Source of the DNA: Bacteroidota bacterium
GTDB taxonomy: Bacteria; Bacteroidota; Bacteroidia; Flavobacteriales_F; PHOS-HE28
Assembly: GCA_023418095.1 (NCBI GenBank)
Contig: JAEZDL010000075.1
Span: 1,800 to 65,799, forward strand
DNA length: 64,000 nt
Direction: 5' to 3'
The notes under the pieces were generated by a model that searched no databases, was not told the origin of the DNA, and saw only the letters and a list, made by a program, of their open reading frames with translations. Each line of letters begins with the position of its first letter. The first letter of the stretch is position 1. Shown in pieces: positions 1-10,698 of the stretch. The position numbers were made by a program, and so were the translations under genes.

Positions 1-171
1 GAAAAGGAGTATGGTGTCACCGTTACCGGTGTACGTACCATGATCGTGCGTGGCAAGAACCGCACGAGATATACCAAGAGCCTGATCCTGAAGGGACGCA
101 CCCAGAGTTACAAAAAGGCGATCGTAAGCCTGAAGGAAGGTGAAACGATCGACCTGTACAGCAGCATTTGA
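1..171 (+). CDS. rplW: 50S ribosomal protein L23 (uL23), C-terminal part; gene starts upstream of window
   Basis: Frame 1 is open from base 1 to TGA at 169-171 (...VTGVRTMIVRGKNRTRYTKSLILKGRTQSYKKAIVSLKEGETIDLYSSI). It lies directly upstream of rplB, as in the S10 operon. Confidence 0.8.
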   Translation, partial: EKEYGVTVTGVRTMIVRGKNRTRYTKSLILKGRTQSYKKAIVSLKEGETIDLYSSI

Positions 172-190
172 CCCGGAAGTACACTAAGCA

Positions 191-1030
191 ATGGGCATAC
201 GTAAACTAAATCCGGTCACGCCTGGTACCAGGCACAAGGTGATCACCGATTTCGAAGGTGTCACCACGGCGGTACCAGAAAAGGGATTGACCAAGGGCAC
301 CGTTAAGAGCGGTGGCCGGAACAACCAGGGGAAGATGACCATGCGCTATATCGGCGGTGGCCATAAGCAACGGTATCGTGAGATCGATCTGAAGCGAGAT
401 AAGTACGGGATCCCTGCAGTGGTGAAGACCATTGAATACGATCCGAATCGCAGCGCACGGATCGCACTGCTGTTCTATGCCGACGGCGAGAAGCGCTACA
501 TGCTGGCACCAACAGGCCTAAAGGTAGGTCAGGAAGTGATCAGTGGCCGCACCGGAGTTGCTCCCGAGGTAGGTAATACACTTCCATTGAGCGAGATCCC
601 GGTGGGGACCGTGGTCCATAACATCGAATTGCAGCCTGGACGTGGAGGCGCGATCGCTCGCAGCGCAGGCACTTTCGCTCAATTGAGCGCGCGTGAAGGC
701 AAGTATGCGACACTGAAAATGCCAAGTGGCGAGGTGCGCATGGTCCTTGTGGCATGTCTTGCTACTGTTGGAACCGTCGGGAACGCCGAGCATATGCTCC
801 AAAAGAGCGGTAAGGCCGGCCGTAGCCGCTGGCAGGGTCGTAGGCCGCGCACGCGCGCTGTTGCGATGAACCCCGTTGATCACCCGATGGGTGGTGGCGA
901 AGGTCGCGCATCAGGTGGACATCCACGGAGCCGCAAAGGATTGCTCGCCAAAGGGAAGAAGACCCGTAGGCCAAAGAATCCGTCCAACAAGTTCATTCTG
1001 GAACGCATCAATGCCCGCAAAGGCGCTTAA
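191..1030 (+). CDS. rplB: 50S ribosomal protein L2 (uL2)
   Basis: 279-aa ORF with uL2 signatures ([28 protein letters not shown]) in S10-operon order. Confidence 0.97.
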   Translation: MGIRKLNPVTPGTRHKVITDFEGVTTAVPEKGLTKGTVKSGGRNNQGKMTMRYIGGGHKQRYREIDLKRDKYGIPAVVKTIEYDPNRSARIALLFYADGEKRYMLAPTGLKVGQEVISGRTGVAPEVGNTLPLSEIPVGTVVHNIELQPGRGGAIARSAGTFAQLSAREGKYATLKMPSGEVRMVLVACLATVGTVGNAEHMLQKSGKAGRSRWQGRRPRTRAVAMNPVDHPMGGGEGRASGGHPRSRKGLLAKGKKTRRPKNPSNKFILERINARKGA

Positions 1031-1036
1031 TAGATC

Positions 1037-1306
1037 ATGAGCCGTTCGCTTAAAAAACCGCCTTTCATCCATTACAAGCTGCAAAAGCGTGTCATGGACG
1101 CACAGTCAGGAGGAAAGAAGAATGTGATCAAGACCTGGTCACGGTCATCGACCATCACGCCTGAATTCGTAGGCCTGACGATAGCCGTTCACAATGGAAA
1201 CAAATTCATTCCCGTGTATGTAACGGAGAACATGGTTGGGCACAAGCTGGGAGAATTCGCTCCGACCCGCACTTACCGTGGCCACTCAGGGAATAAGAAG
1301 AACTAA
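1037..1306 (+). CDS. rpsS: 30S ribosomal protein S19 (uS19)
   Basis: 89-aa [18 protein letters not shown]...[16 protein letters not shown], 6 nt after rplB. Confidence 0.97.
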   Translation: MSRSLKKPPFIHYKLQKRVMDAQSGGKKNVIKTWSRSSTITPEFVGLTIAVHNGNKFIPVYVTENMVGHKLGEFAPTRTYRGHSGNKKN

Positions 1307-1308
1307 CG

Positions 1309-1704
1309 ATGGGAGCTCGAAAGAAGATCGCAGCGGACGCACGCAAAGAGGCCATGAAGTCGGTGGCCATCGCACAACTGCGTAACGTGCCCACATCGCC
1401 AAGGCGCATGCGCCAGGTGGCGGATAACATCCGTGGCATGGAGGTGGGCAAGGCACTTGGCCTGCTTCAGTTCCATACTCGCCACGCAAGCAGGCCGCTT
1501 GAGAAGCTGCTCCGCAGTGCCATCGCTAATTGGGAGGCCAAGAACGAAGGTCGCAAGGCCGACGAGGCTGGCTTGATCGTGAAGAGCATTCAGGTGAATG
1601 AAGCCCGTGGCTTGAAGCGCATGCTACCTGCACCGCAAGGCCGTGCATACCGCATGAAGAAGCGGAGCAATCATGTGAGTTTGATCGTCGACACCACCGT
1701 ATAG
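1309..1704 (+). CDS. rplV: 50S ribosomal protein L22 (uL22)
   Basis: 131-aa ORF directly after rpsS. The sequence is uL22-like ([22 protein letters not shown]) and sits in the conserved operon slot. Confidence 0.95.
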   Translation: MGARKKIAADARKEAMKSVAIAQLRNVPTSPRRMRQVADNIRGMEVGKALGLLQFHTRHASRPLEKLLRSAIANWEAKNEGRKADEAGLIVKSIQVNEARGLKRMLPAPQGRAYRMKKRSNHVSLIVDTTV

Positions 1705-1725
1705 GCCGAAAAGAGAGAAAGAAAA

Positions 1726-2595
1726 ATGGGACAGAAAGCACACCCGATCGGCACCCGCCTGGGCTACATCAAGGGCTGGGATAGTAATTGGTACGGTGGG
1801 AACAACTATACCGACAAACTGGTGGAGGACGAACAGATCCGCCAGTATTTGATGACGCGTCTGAAAAAGGCCAGCGTATCGAAGATCGTGATCGAGCGTA
1901 CATTGAAGCTCGTTACAGTTACGATCAACACTGCCCGTCCAGGTGTGATCATCGGTAAGGGAGGAGCAGAAGTGGACAAGCTTCGTGAGGAGCTGAAGAA
2001 ACTTACCGGGAAGGATGTACAGATCAACATTTTTGAGATCAAACGTCCGGAACTGGATGCACGTCTGGTAGCAGATAGCATCGCCCGCCAGCTTGAAGGC
2101 CGGATCAGCTTCCGCCGTGCGATGAAGATGGCGGTTGCAAGCAGCATGCGCATGGGTGCTGAGGGTATCAAGCTTACGGTAAGCGGCCGGTTGAACGGAG
2201 CGGAGATCGCTCGTACCGAAAGCTATCGTGAAGGCCGCGTACCGCTTCACACGCTGCGTGCGGACATCGATTTCGCGATCACCGAAGCGCATACCAAAAT
2301 GGGACGCATCGGTGTGAAGTGCTGGATCATGCGCGGTGAAGTATTCGGTAAGCGCGACCTAAGCCCGAACGTGGGCCAGGCGAAAGGCCAGGCAGGCAGC
2401 GCCGGATCTGGCCGGATGGGCGGTCCGGGTGGAGATAGAGGCGATCGTCGTGGCGGTGATCGGCGCGGCCCAGGCGGAGAACGTCGTGGTGGCGCAGGAG
2501 GTGATCGTCGCAGTCCAGGTGGAGACCGCCGTGCTGGAGGTCCTGGAGGAAATCGTGGAGGAGGTAATCGCGGTGGAAACCGTCCTAATAACTGA
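1726..2595 (+). CDS. rpsC: 30S ribosomal protein S3 (uS3) with a long Gly/Arg-rich C-terminal tail
   Basis: 289-aa ORF with a uS3 N-terminus ([23 protein letters not shown]) and KH-like core. The last ~73 aa are a (G)GDRR(G)/GGNRGG repeat. Confidence 0.95.
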   Translation: MGQKAHPIGTRLGYIKGWDSNWYGGNNYTDKLVEDEQIRQYLMTRLKKASVSKIVIERTLKLVTVTINTARPGVIIGKGGAEVDKLREELKKLTGKDVQINIFEIKRPELDARLVADSIARQLEGRISFRRAMKMAVASSMRMGAEGIKLTVSGRLNGAEIARTESYREGRVPLHTLRADIDFAITEAHTKMGRIGVKCWIMRGEVFGKRDLSPNVGQAKGQAGSAGSGRMGGPGGDRGDRRGGDRRGPGGERRGGAGGDRRSPGGDRRAGGPGGNRGGGNRGGNRPNN

Positions 2596-2600
2596 TAGCG

Positions 2601-3023
2601 ATGTTGCAACCAAAGCGTAGCAGACGCCGCAATATGCACAAGGGCCGCATGAAGGGTGAGGCCCAGCGCGGACACCGTGTGGCTCTTGGATCATTCGGCT
2701 TGAAGGCGATGGATAGCGTGTGGCTTACTGGAAGGCAGATCGAAGCTGCCCGGGTAGCGCTCACAAGGTTCATGAAGCGTGAAGGCCAGGTGTGGATCAA
2801 AGTGTTCCCCGACAAGCCTGTTACCAGCAAGCCAGCAGAAGTGCGGATGGGAAAAGGTAAAGGCTCCCTGGACCATTGGGTAGCGGTAGTACATGCCGGC
2901 CGCATCATTTTCGAAGTGGATGGTGTCCCTACAGCAACAGCTCAGGAGGCGCTTCGGCTCGCTGCCCAGAAACTGCCGATCAAGACCAAGTTCGTTGTCC
3001 GTGAAGATTACGACGGCCAATAA
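2601..3023 (+). CDS. rplP: 50S ribosomal protein L16 (uL16)
   Basis: 140-aa [22 protein letters not shown]... in the operon slot after rpsC. Confidence 0.96.
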   Translation: MLQPKRSRRRNMHKGRMKGEAQRGHRVALGSFGLKAMDSVWLTGRQIEAARVALTRFMKREGQVWIKVFPDKPVTSKPAEVRMGKGKGSLDHWVAVVHAGRIIFEVDGVPTATAQEALRLAAQKLPIKTKFVVREDYDGQ

Positions 3024-3032
3024 GATAGTGTC

Positions 3033-3242
3033 ATGAAGAAGAAAGGACTCGAATTGAAGGATCTTACTGTTGCGGAACTGCAGGATAAGCTGCAGGACGA
3101 GCGGGGCGCACTTACCAGGTTACGCTTCAATCATACGGTAAGCCCGATCGAAAATCCCATGCAACTGCGTCAGAAGCGTAAGGATGTGGCAAGGATCCTC
3201 ACCGAGTTGCGCAAGCGTGAGAACAACGTTCAAAGCAAATAG
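3033..3242 (+). CDS. rpmC: 50S ribosomal protein L29 (uL29)
   Basis: 69-aa ORF ([24 protein letters not shown]) in the slot between rplP and rpsQ. Confidence 0.93.
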   Translation: MKKKGLELKDLTVAELQDKLQDERGALTRLRFNHTVSPIENPMQLRQKRKDVARILTELRKRENNVQSK

Positions 3243-3246
3243 GACC

Positions 3247-3501
3247 ATGGAGCGCAAACTCAGGAAAGAGCGTGTAGGTGTTGTCACCAGCGACAAGATG
3301 AACAAGAGCGTGGTGGTCATGGTCGAGCGCCGTGTAATGCACCCGAAATACAGGAAGTTCGTTAGGCTATCCAGCAAATTCATGGCCCACGACGAGAAGG
3401 ATGAGGCGCATATCGGTGATACGGTGCGGATCATGGAAACACGTCCCCTGAGCCGTCACAAACGCTGGCGTCTGGTGGAGGTTGTGGAAAGGGCCAAGTA
3501 A
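3247..3501 (+). CDS. rpsQ: 30S ribosomal protein S17 (uS17)
   Basis: ORF-track ORF 3184..3501 trimmed to ATG 3247 ([24 protein letters not shown]...). This removes the overlap with rpmC. Confidence 0.93.
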   Translation: MERKLRKERVGVVTSDKMNKSVVVMVERRVMHPKYRKFVRLSSKFMAHDEKDEAHIGDTVRIMETRPLSRHKRWRLVEVVERAK

Positions 3502-3514
3502 AAACTCAGCAGCG

Positions 3515-3883
3515 ATGATCCAACAGGAATCCAGGCTTAACGTAGCAGACAATAGCGGAGCGAAGGAAGTGCTTTGCATCCGGGTGCTTGGTGGCACGGC
3601 CCGCCGATATGCTCGTATCGGTGATACGATCGTGGTCAGCATAAAGCAGGCCATGCCCAATGGAAGCACCAAGAAAGGCACCGTGCACAAGGCGGTCGTG
3701 GTCCGGACTAAAAAGGAGACGCGGCGGAAGGACGGCAGCTACATCCGTTTCGATGATAATGCTGTGGTGCTGCTCGATGCTGCAGGTGAAATGAAGGGGA
3801 CCCGCATCTTCGGACCTGTTGCCAAGGAGCTGCGCGAGAAGAAGTTCATGAAGATCATTTCCCTCGCACCGGAAGTGCTCTGA
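3515..3883 (+). CDS. rplN: 50S ribosomal protein L14 (uL14)
   Basis: ORF 3482..3883 trimmed to ATG 3515 ([18 protein letters not shown]...), the canonical uL14 N-terminus. Confidence 0.95.
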   Translation: MIQQESRLNVADNSGAKEVLCIRVLGGTARRYARIGDTIVVSIKQAMPNGSTKKGTVHKAVVVRTKKETRRKDGSYIRFDDNAVVLLDAAGEMKGTRIFGPVAKELREKKFMKIISLAPEVL

Positions 3884-3895
3884 ACACACAAGGAG

Positions 3896-4222
3896 ATGCA
3901 AAAGAAAACGCATATCAAGAAAGGGGACATGGTCCAGGTGCTTTCCGGGGTGGAACGCTCCAAGAAGGGCCGTGTGCTGGATGTGGATCGCGATCGGATG
4001 GTAGCATTCGTTGAGGGATTGAACATCAATAAGAAACATAGCAAACCCACTACCGCAAAGCCGCAAGGCGGTATCGTGGAGAAGGAGGGCCCGATCCACA
4101 TCAGCAACCTGATGCTGATCGACCCAAAGAGCGGAGAACCCACGCGAGTAGGCCGTAAGCTGGATAAGGACGGCCGGCTCGTGCGCACCAGCAAACGCAC
4201 CGGAGAGGTGATCAAGTCATGA
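3896..4222 (+). CDS. rplX: 50S ribosomal protein L24 (uL24)
   Basis: 108-aa ORF with a KOW-like [13 protein letters not shown], in the slot after rplN. Confidence 0.94.
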   Translation: MQKKTHIKKGDMVQVLSGVERSKKGRVLDVDRDRMVAFVEGLNINKKHSKPTTAKPQGGIVEKEGPIHISNLMLIDPKSGEPTRVGRKLDKDGRLVRTSKRTGEVIKS

Positions 4223-4782
4223 GTTACGTACCAAGGCTTCGCGCCAAATACCATGAGGAAGTGGCACCGAAGCTCATGAAGGAGTTCGGGTACAAGAGCC
4301 CGATGCAAGTGCCACGCCTGCAGAAGATCAGCCTGAACCAAGGGTTGGGAAGCGCTGTAGGTGATAAGAAGATCGTTGAGAGCGCCGTTGCCGAGATGTC
4401 CGTCATCGCTGGCCAGAAAGCGGTCCCTACACTTTCCAAGAAGGACATCAGCAATTTCAAATTGCGCAAAGGCATGCCGATCGGCGCACGGGTGACCCTT
4501 CGTGGTGAGCGCATGTTCGAATTCCTTGACCGATTGATCAGCGTTTCGTTGCCACGAACGAGGGACTTCCGGGGAGTGAAAGCCAACGGTTTCGATGGAA
4601 AAGGAAACTTCACCATGGGCGTGAAGGAACAGATCATCTTCCCGGAGATCGATATCGATAAAGTGAGCCGCCTGCAGGGTATGGATATCACTTTCGTTAC
4701 AACAGCCAAGACCGATGAGGAGGCCAAAGCGCTTTTGCGCGAATTGGGTTTCCCCTTCTCGGACAAGAACAAAGAACAGTAG
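4219..4782 (+). CDS. rplE: 50S ribosomal protein L5 (uL5)
   Basis: 187-aa ORF with a 4-nt ATGA overlap with rplX; the sequence is uL5-like ([12 protein letters not shown]..., FRGV...[10 protein letters not shown]). Confidence 0.95.
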   Translation: MSYVPRLRAKYHEEVAPKLMKEFGYKSPMQVPRLQKISLNQGLGSAVGDKKIVESAVAEMSVIAGQKAVPTLSKKDISNFKLRKGMPIGARVTLRGERMFEFLDRLISVSLPRTRDFRGVKANGFDGKGNFTMGVKEQIIFPEIDIDKVSRLQGMDITFVTTAKTDEEAKALLRELGFPFSDKNKEQ

Positions 4783-4785
4783 AAG

Positions 4786-5055
4786 ATGGCCAAGGAATCC
4801 ATGAAAGCCCGCGAGCGGAAGCGCGCGAAGATGGTGGAGAAGTATGCTGCCAAACGTGCCGCCTTGAAGGCCGCAGGTGATTGGGACGCATTGCAGAAAC
4901 TTCCAGTGAACGGGAGCGCGGTACGCAAACACAACCGCTGCCAGCTTACCGGACGTCCGCGTGGCTACATGCGTTTGTTCGGCATATCACGGAACATGTT
5001 CCGGCAAATGGCACTGGAGGGTAAGATCCCAGGTGTGACCAAGAGCAGTTGGTAA
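4786..5055 (+). CDS. rpsN: 30S ribosomal protein S14 (uS14), long form
   Basis: 89-aa ORF ending ...[39 protein letters not shown]. Confidence 0.95.
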   Translation: MAKESMKARERKRAKMVEKYAAKRAALKAAGDWDALQKLPVNGSAVRKHNRCQLTGRPRGYMRLFGISRNMFRQMALEGKIPGVTKSSW

Positions 5056-5073
5056 CCAGGAAAGAGAACACAA

Positions 5074-5472
5074 ATGACGACCGATCCAATAGCCGATTAC
5101 CTGACCCGGTTGCGCAATGCGATCCAAGCGCGCAAGAAGGTCGTGGAAGTGCCCGCCAGCAACCTGAAGAAGGATATCACGCGGATACTCTACGATAAGG
5201 GTTACATCCTGTCCTACAAGATGGAAGAGGATGGAAAACAGGGAAGGATCAAGATCGCTTTGAAATACAACGATCAGACCCGCCAGAACGCGATCAAGGA
5301 GCTTACAAGGGTAAGCTCACCAGGCCTGCGCAAGTACGCCCATGCCCAGGATCTTCCACGCGTATTGAATGGCCTTGGTGTCGCGATCATCTCCACCAGC
5401 AAGGGCGTGGTAACTGACAAGGAAGCAAGAGCCTTGAACGTAGGTGGCGAAGTGTTGTGCTACGTGAGTTAA
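5074..5472 (+). CDS. rpsH: 30S ribosomal protein S8 (uS8)
   Basis: 132-aa [19 protein letters not shown]... in the spc-operon slot. Confidence 0.96.
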   Translation: MTTDPIADYLTRLRNAIQARKKVVEVPASNLKKDITRILYDKGYILSYKMEEDGKQGRIKIALKYNDQTRQNAIKELTRVSSPGLRKYAHAQDLPRVLNGLGVAIISTSKGVVTDKEARALNVGGEVLCYVS

Positions 5473-5484
5473 GAAGATAAGAAG

Positions 5485-6039
5485 ATGTCACGCATAGGAA
5501 AAGCACCGATCAATGTACCCAAAGGGGTGCAGATCACGATCAGCGACAAGAACATCGTAACTGTGAAAGGGCCCAAGGGTACTCTTGAGCAGGCGGTAGA
5601 TCCCAACATCAGCATGAAACAGGATGATGGGGTCCTTACTGTGGAACGTCCAAGTGATGCCAAGCCACATCGTGCCAAGCACGGCCTGTACCGTGCTTTG
5701 ATCGCGAACATGGTACAGGGCGTAAGCGAAGGTTTTGTCGTGCAGCAGGAACTGGTCGGTGTGGGGTATCGCGCGGTCGCCAAGGGCCAGCAGCTTACGC
5801 TTTCGCTCGGTTTTTCGCATACCGTGACCATCGAGCTTCCACCGCAGATCAAAGTATCCGCGGCCCAGGAAAAAGGTAAGAATCCGATCGTACGTCTGGA
5901 ATCACCGGATAAGCAACTGATCGGACAAGTAGCGGCCAAACTCCGCTCGTTGCGCAAACCGGAGCCATACAAGGGCAAGGGTGTACGCTTCGTGGGTGAA
6001 GTTGTGCGTCGTAAGGCAGGTAAAGCAGCAGGTAAATAA
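5485..6039 (+). CDS. rplF: 50S ribosomal protein L6 (uL6)
   Basis: 184-aa [18 protein letters not shown]... in the spc-operon slot. Confidence 0.96.
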   Translation: MSRIGKAPINVPKGVQITISDKNIVTVKGPKGTLEQAVDPNISMKQDDGVLTVERPSDAKPHRAKHGLYRALIANMVQGVSEGFVVQQELVGVGYRAVAKGQQLTLSLGFSHTVTIELPPQIKVSAAQEKGKNPIVRLESPDKQLIGQVAAKLRSLRKPEPYKGKGVRFVGEVVRRKAGKAAGK

Positions 6040-6047
6040 GAACAGCC

Positions 6048-6401
6048 ATGGCATTCGATAGGATCGCACGCCGACTCAAGATCAAGCAGCGGGTACGCAA
6101 GAAGGTTCACGGTACGCAGGAACGTCCACGCCTTTCGGTGTATCGGAGCAACACGGGAATGTACGTTCAATTGGTGGACGATGAAACCGGACGCACGCTT
6201 GTCAGCGCTTCTTCCTTGAAGGAAAAGGCGGCCAATGGAATTCCCAAGATCGAACAAGCGAAGAAGGTCGGGCAAGCGATCGCCGAGAAGGCGAAGGCCG
6301 CCGGTATCGAAAAGGTCGTTTTCGATCGGAATGGTTATCTGTACCACGGACGAGTTAAAGCACTTGCAGATGCTGCACGTGAAGCCGGTCTCAACTTTTG
6401 A
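6048..6401 (+). CDS. rplR: 50S ribosomal protein L18 (uL18)
   Basis: 117-aa ORF (...[20 protein letters not shown]...[26 protein letters not shown]). Confidence 0.95.
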   Translation: MAFDRIARRLKIKQRVRKKVHGTQERPRLSVYRSNTGMYVQLVDDETGRTLVSASSLKEKAANGIPKIEQAKKVGQAIAEKAKAAGIEKVVFDRNGYLYHGRVKALADAAREAGLNF

Positions 6402-6413
6402 TCACAATAGCTG

Positions 6414-6932
6414 ATGTCTGAAACGAACAATAAGAAGGTCAAGAGCAGCGATCTCGAGCTGAAGGATAAGCTGGTAGCTCTCAACCGCGTAACGAAGGTG
6501 ACCAAAGGTGGCCGTACCTTCACTTTCGCAGCCATTGTGGTGGTAGGCAACGAGAACGGTGTCGTAGGGCATGGTCTCGGCAAGGCCAAGGAGGTGCAAG
6601 AGGCGATCGCCAAGGGGATCGACGATGCGAAGAAGAACCTGGTGAAGGTTCCAGTACTGAAAGGTACGATCCCGCATCCGCAGGAAGGTAAGTTCGCTGG
6701 CGCCCAGGTATTCCTCAAGCCAGCGGCACATGGTACCGGTGTGATCGCCGGTGGTGCGATGCGTGCGGTGCTCGAGTCCGTGGGTATCACCGATGTACTC
6801 GCCAAGAGCAAGGGTAGCAGCAATCCCCACAACGTGGTGAAGGCGACCATCGAAGCACTCGTAAGCTTGCGCGATGCGAACGCAGTGGCCAGGCAGCGCG
6901 GAGTGAAACTGGATAAGGTTTTCAACGGATAA
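6414..6932 (+). CDS. rpsE: 30S ribosomal protein S5 (uS5)
   Basis: 172-aa ORF (...[22 protein letters not shown]...). Confidence 0.96.
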   Translation: MSETNNKKVKSSDLELKDKLVALNRVTKVTKGGRTFTFAAIVVVGNENGVVGHGLGKAKEVQEAIAKGIDDAKKNLVKVPVLKGTIPHPQEGKFAGAQVFLKPAAHGTGVIAGGAMRAVLESVGITDVLAKSKGSSNPHNVVKATIEALVSLRDANAVARQRGVKLDKVFNG

Positions 6933-6968
6933 GTAGAATAAGGTTCCGATATTCGCGGAACGAAGACC

Positions 6969-7148
6969 ATGAGCAAGCTGATCATAACACAAACTCGCAG
7001 CCAGATCAAGTGTCCCAAGCGTCAGAAGGACACCTTGAAAGCCTTGGGACTTGGCCGCATCGGCAAACGGGCTGAAGTGGAGGGTACGCCGCAGATCCGC
7101 GGCATGGTTGAAAAGGTGCACCATTTGGTGACCGTACAGGACGCTTGA
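6969..7148 (+). CDS. rpmD: 50S ribosomal protein L30 (uL30)
   Basis: Not in the ORF track (<60 aa). ATG 6969 to TGA 7146-7148 gives 59 aa: MSKLIITQTRSQIKCPKRQKDTLKALGLGRIGKRAEVEGTPQIRGMVEKVHHLVTVQDA. It sits in the expected slot between rpsE and rplO. Confidence 0.9.
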   Translation: MSKLIITQTRSQIKCPKRQKDTLKALGLGRIGKRAEVEGTPQIRGMVEKVHHLVTVQDA

Positions 7149-7167
7149 TATATAGAAGAACAAGACG

Positions 7168-7641
7168 ATGGATCTGAGCAGACTCAAACCGGCTGAAGGA
7201 GCCACCAAGAAAGAGAAACGGATCGGCCGCGGCGAAGGCAGTGGTCGTGGTGGCACCTCCACGCGCGGTCATAAAGGTGCGCAATCGCGTGCTGGTTACA
7301 GCCGTAAGCGTGGTTTCGAAGGCGGGCAGATGCCATTGGTGCGCCGCGTTCCGAAATTCGGCTTCACGAACCCAACCCGGGTCGAATACAAAGGGATCAA
7401 CCTCGATACTCTTCAAAGCTTGGCCGATTCCCAAAGCTTGAGATCGATCAATCCTGAAGTACTCTACACCAATGGCTTGATCGCTAAGAATGATAAGCTG
7501 AAGGTGCTGGGCCGGGGGGATCTGAAGTCGGCGATCGATATCGAGGCACATGCTTTCAGTGCAAACGCCAAAAGCGCTATCGAGAAGGCTGGCGGAAAAG
7601 CCCTTACGATCGCACGCAAAGAGGATAAGTCGGATCAGTAG
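7168..7641 (+). CDS. rplO: 50S ribosomal protein L15 (uL15)
   Basis: 157-aa ORF (...GRGEGSGRGGTSTRGHKGAQSRAG...). Confidence 0.95.
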   Translation: MDLSRLKPAEGATKKEKRIGRGEGSGRGGTSTRGHKGAQSRAGYSRKRGFEGGQMPLVRRVPKFGFTNPTRVEYKGINLDTLQSLADSQSLRSINPEVLYTNGLIAKNDKLKVLGRGDLKSAIDIEAHAFSANAKSAIEKAGGKALTIARKEDKSDQ

Positions 7642-7662
7642 GAACCGAAGTAGACAAAAGGA

Positions 7663-8997
7663 ATGAAGAACCTGATCGACACGATCAAGAACATCTGGCG
7701 GATCGAGGAACTGCGTAACCGCATCCTGATTACGTTGGGTCTGCTGCTGGTGTACCGCATCGGGAGCTTCATCGTATTGCCCGGTGTGGACAGTGCCAGG
7801 CTTTCATCCGATCCAACCGGTGGCGGAGGTATCGTGGAGATCCTTGCGATCTTCACCGGTGGCGCCTTCACCCGTGCTTCCATCTTCGCACTGGGGATCA
7901 TGCCCTACATCTCGGCCTCCATCATCATGCAGCTCATGGGCATCGCTGTACCTACCGTACAGAAGATGCAACGGGAGGAGAGTGGGCGTCGCAAGATCAA
8001 TCAATGGACCAGGTACCTTACGATCCTGATCTGTGTGTTCCAGGCTCCAAGTTATATCCTGGCCACTATCGAACCTGAAGCCCGGCCCGACAGTCAGTTC
8101 TGGCTCGCTACGAGCATTGTGATCCTGACGGCTTCCACCTTGTTCGTGATGTGGCTCGGTGAGCGCATTACCGAGCGTGGTCTCGGGAACGGTATTTCCT
8201 TGATCATCATGATCGGTATCCTGGCCCAGTTCCCGCAATCATTCGCGCAGGAGGTCGTGGGCCGCATGGGTCCCGGAGGTGGCGGTCTGGTGCTGCTGCT
8301 CGTGGAAGTGGTGATCTGGGTTCTGATCATTGCCGGATGCATCCTTTTGGTACAGGGCACCCGACGGATCCCGGTTCAATTCGCGAAACGTGTACAGGGG
8401 AACAAACAGTACGGTGGAGTTCGCAATTACATTCCATTGAAAGTGAACGCCGCTGGTGTGATGCCGATCATCTTTGCACAAGCCATCGTGTTGGTGCCGA
8501 TGTATCTGGCGCAGGCTCCCTGGTGGGGAGATGCACCTCCGGACTTTCTGGTGAGCATGGCCAACAGCCAGGGCTTTTTCTACAACTTCACGCTTTTTCT
8601 GATGGTGGTCCTCTTCACGTACTTCTATACGGCCATCACAGTGAATCCGAACCAGCTCGCCGATGACATGAAGCGGAACGGTGGATTCATTCCAGGTGTG
8701 AAGCCTGGCAAACAGACCGCTGGTCATATCGATGAACTTCTTTCGCGGATCACGTTGCCTGGTGCGATCTTCCTGGGTCTCGTAGCGATCATGCCGGCAT
8801 TTGCAGTGATGTTCGGTATTAAGCAGGGTTTTGCACAGTTCTTCGGTGGAACTTCATTGTTGATCATGGTGGGTGTATTGTTGGATACACTGCAGCAGAT
8901 CGAGAGCCACCTGCTCATGCGGCATTACGATGGTTTGATGAAATCCGGCCGGATCAAGGGAAGATCTGGTGGAGCTGCCTACGGCATGGCCGGTTAA
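7663..8997 (+). CDS. secY: preprotein translocase subunit SecY
   Basis: 444-aa polytopic membrane ORF in the canonical position after rplO, with SecY-like motifs (GIMPYISASIIMQL, GNGISLIIM). Confidence 0.96.
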   Translation: MKNLIDTIKNIWRIEELRNRILITLGLLLVYRIGSFIVLPGVDSARLSSDPTGGGGIVEILAIFTGGAFTRASIFALGIMPYISASIIMQLMGIAVPTVQKMQREESGRRKINQWTRYLTILICVFQAPSYILATIEPEARPDSQFWLATSIVILTASTLFVMWLGERITERGLGNGISLIIMIGILAQFPQSFAQEVVGRMGPGGGGLVLLLVEVVIWVLIIAGCILLVQGTRRIPVQFAKRVQGNKQYGGVRNYIPLKVNAAGVMPIIFAQAIVLVPMYLAQAPWWGDAPPDFLVSMANSQGFFYNFTLFLMVVLFTYFYTAITVNPNQLADDMKRNGGFIPGVKPGKQTAGHIDELLSRITLPGAIFLGLVAIMPAFAVMFGIKQGFAQFFGGTSLLIMVGVLLDTLQQIESHLLMRHYDGLMKSGRIKGRSGGAAYGMAG

Positions 8998-9002
8998 GGC
9001 GC

Positions 9003-9830
9003 ATGGGCAGGACGGTGAACGTATTGAGCGACGAAGAAGTCGCATTGTTGAAGGAAAGTTCTTTACTTGTTGGAAGGACCTTGGCAGAAGTCGCCAGAAT
9101 GATCGCCCCAGGCGTTACTACCGCCCACCTCGATCGCATGGCCGAAGAGTTCATAAGGGACAATGGCGCCATTCCTGGATTCAAGGGATTGTACGGATGC
9201 CCTTCGACCTTGCTGATCAGTGTGAACGAACAGGTGGTACACGGTCTTCCTGGGGCAAGAGCTCTCAAGGAAGGTGATATCGCCAGCGTGGATTGTGGCG
9301 TGCTGATGAACGGCCTTTATGGTGATAGCGCCTACACGTTCATGGTCGGTGATGTGCCGGATGAAGTGAAACGGTTGCTCCAGGTGACGCGGGAGTGTCT
9401 TGATCGGGCGATCGAGCAGGCGGTGGAGGGCAACAGGATCGGCGATATCGGTGCAGCAGTTCAGGAACATGCGGAAAGCAACGGTTACGGAGTTGTACGC
9501 GAACTGGTGGGTCACGGAGTGGGAAGAAAGCTTCATGAACCTCCCGAAGTGCCCAATTATGGTCGCCGCGGGCACGGTGTGAAGCTCCGATCCGGAATGG
9601 TGCTGGCGATCGAACCCATGATCAATATGGGTAAAAAGGAAGTGCGGCAATTGGAGGATGGCTGGACCGTGGTGACACGCGATGGAAAGCCCAGTGCTCA
9701 TTTTGAGCATAATGTAGTCGTACGGCCGGGCAAGGCAGAGGTCCTTTCAACGTTCAGTTACATCCATGATGTACTGAAGGCGAAGGGTGAAAATGTGTTG
9801 AGGGCGACCTCTTCGCATGCAACAGAATAG
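9003..9830 (+). CDS. map: type I methionyl aminopeptidase
   Basis: 275-aa ORF with a MetAP pita-bread core (DIASVDCGVLMNGLYGDSAYTF, HGVGRKLHEPP, LAIEPMIN), downstream of secY. Confidence 0.94.
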   Translation: MGRTVNVLSDEEVALLKESSLLVGRTLAEVARMIAPGVTTAHLDRMAEEFIRDNGAIPGFKGLYGCPSTLLISVNEQVVHGLPGARALKEGDIASVDCGVLMNGLYGDSAYTFMVGDVPDEVKRLLQVTRECLDRAIEQAVEGNRIGDIGAAVQEHAESNGYGVVRELVGHGVGRKLHEPPEVPNYGRRGHGVKLRSGMVLAIEPMINMGKKEVRQLEDGWTVVTRDGKPSAHFEHNVVVRPGKAEVLSTFSYIHDVLKAKGENVLRATSSHATE

Positions 9831-9836
9831 GAACAC

Positions 9837-9855
9837 GGAATGAGCGTTTCATTCC
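9837..9855 (+). promoter_or_regulatory. small stem-loop in the map-infA spacer (GGAATGA-gcgtt-TCATTCC)
   Basis: 7-bp perfect inverted repeat read directly from the sequence. Function unknown. Confidence 0.25.
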
Positions 9856-9891
9856 ATTGACGATAGAACGAAAAGAACGGAAGGAAGAAGG

Positions 9892-10113
9892 ATGAGTAAA
9901 ACTGGAACGATCGAGCAGGACGGCGTTATCAAGGAAGCGCTGAGCAATGCCATGTTCCGGGTGGAGCTTGAGAACGGCCACGTGATCGTTGCCCACATTT
10001 CAGGCAAGATGCGGATGCACTACATCCGGATCCTGCCTGGGGACAAAGTGAAAGTGGAAATGAGCCCGTACGATCTGAGCAAAGGACGCATCACCTTCCG
10101 ATACAAGAGCTAA
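9892..10113 (+). CDS. infA: translation initiation factor IF-1
   Basis: 73-aa ORF with an S1-like IF-1 sequence ([43 protein letters not shown]). Confidence 0.96.
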   Translation: MSKTGTIEQDGVIKEALSNAMFRVELENGHVIVAHISGKMRMHYIRILPGDKVKVEMSPYDLSKGRITFRYKS

Positions 10114-10127
10114 GACAACAGAAGATC

Positions 10128-10244
10128 ATGAAGGTCAGGGCCTCACTCAAGAAGCGTTCAGCGGATTGCAAGATCGTTCGCCGCAAAGGACGCTTGTACA
10201 TCATCAACAAGAAGAACCCGAAGTTCAAGCAGCGTCAAGGCTGA
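10128..10244 (+). CDS. rpmJ: 50S ribosomal protein L36 (bL36)
   Basis: Not in the ORF track. ATG 10128 to TGA 10242-10244 gives 38 aa: [38 protein letters not shown]. It lies between infA and rpsM. Confidence 0.92.
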   Translation: MKVRASLKKRSADCKIVRRKGRLYIINKKNPKFKQRQG

Positions 10245-10259
10245 TAATCGTTAGAGCAC

Positions 10260-10637
10260 ATGGCACGTATCGCAGGCATAGACCTACCCAAGAACAAGCG
10301 CGGCTCCATCGGCCTCACCTACATCTATGGCATTGGCCGTAGTCAGGCATTGGAGATCCTTACAAAGGCCGAGGTCGATCCAGACACCAAGGTTGATGAC
10401 TGGACCGATGAGGAGCAAGCGCGGATCCGCCAATACATCAACGAGAACGTAAAGGTCGAGGGTGCTCTTCGTAGTGAAGTGCAGCTCAGCATCAAGCGGT
10501 TGATGGACATCGGTAGCTACCGCGGTCTTCGCCACCGTGCCGGTCTGCCGTTGCGCGGCCAGCGCACCCGTACCAATGCGCGTACACGCAAAGGCAAGCG
10601 GAAGACCGTTGCCAATAAGAAGAAAGCGACCAAGTAA
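10260..10637 (+). CDS. rpsM: 30S ribosomal protein S13 (uS13)
   Basis: 125-aa [17 protein letters not shown]... Confidence 0.96.
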   Translation: MARIAGIDLPKNKRGSIGLTYIYGIGRSQALEILTKAEVDPDTKVDDWTDEEQARIRQYINENVKVEGALRSEVQLSIKRLMDIGSYRGLRHRAGLPLRGQRTRTNARTRKGKRKTVANKKKATK

Positions 10638-10698
10638 AGAGGGGTGATTCCGGGCATGCTGAGTGCTCCGGGGATCTACTCATGATCAACTCAAGACA

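Noticed and set aside
2247-2694. ORFs overlapping the 3' end of rpsC in other frames or on the other strand (2247..2675, 2359..2694, 2429..2620).
   Set aside because: They are products of the GGDRRG-encoding low-complexity repeat, which stays open in several frames. uS3 is the real gene.
3739-4932. Very long antisense ORFs opposite well-supported genes: 3739..4932, 5469..6347, 15047..16252, 39325..40590, 46614..47756, 59342..60472, 21286..22014.
   Set aside because: Each lies opposite a gene with unmistakable family signatures (ribosomal proteins, carA, lipA, gatB, GT). Their translations are low-complexity Arg/His/Asp-rich strings with no motifs. Long stop-free antisense frames are expected at this GC content.
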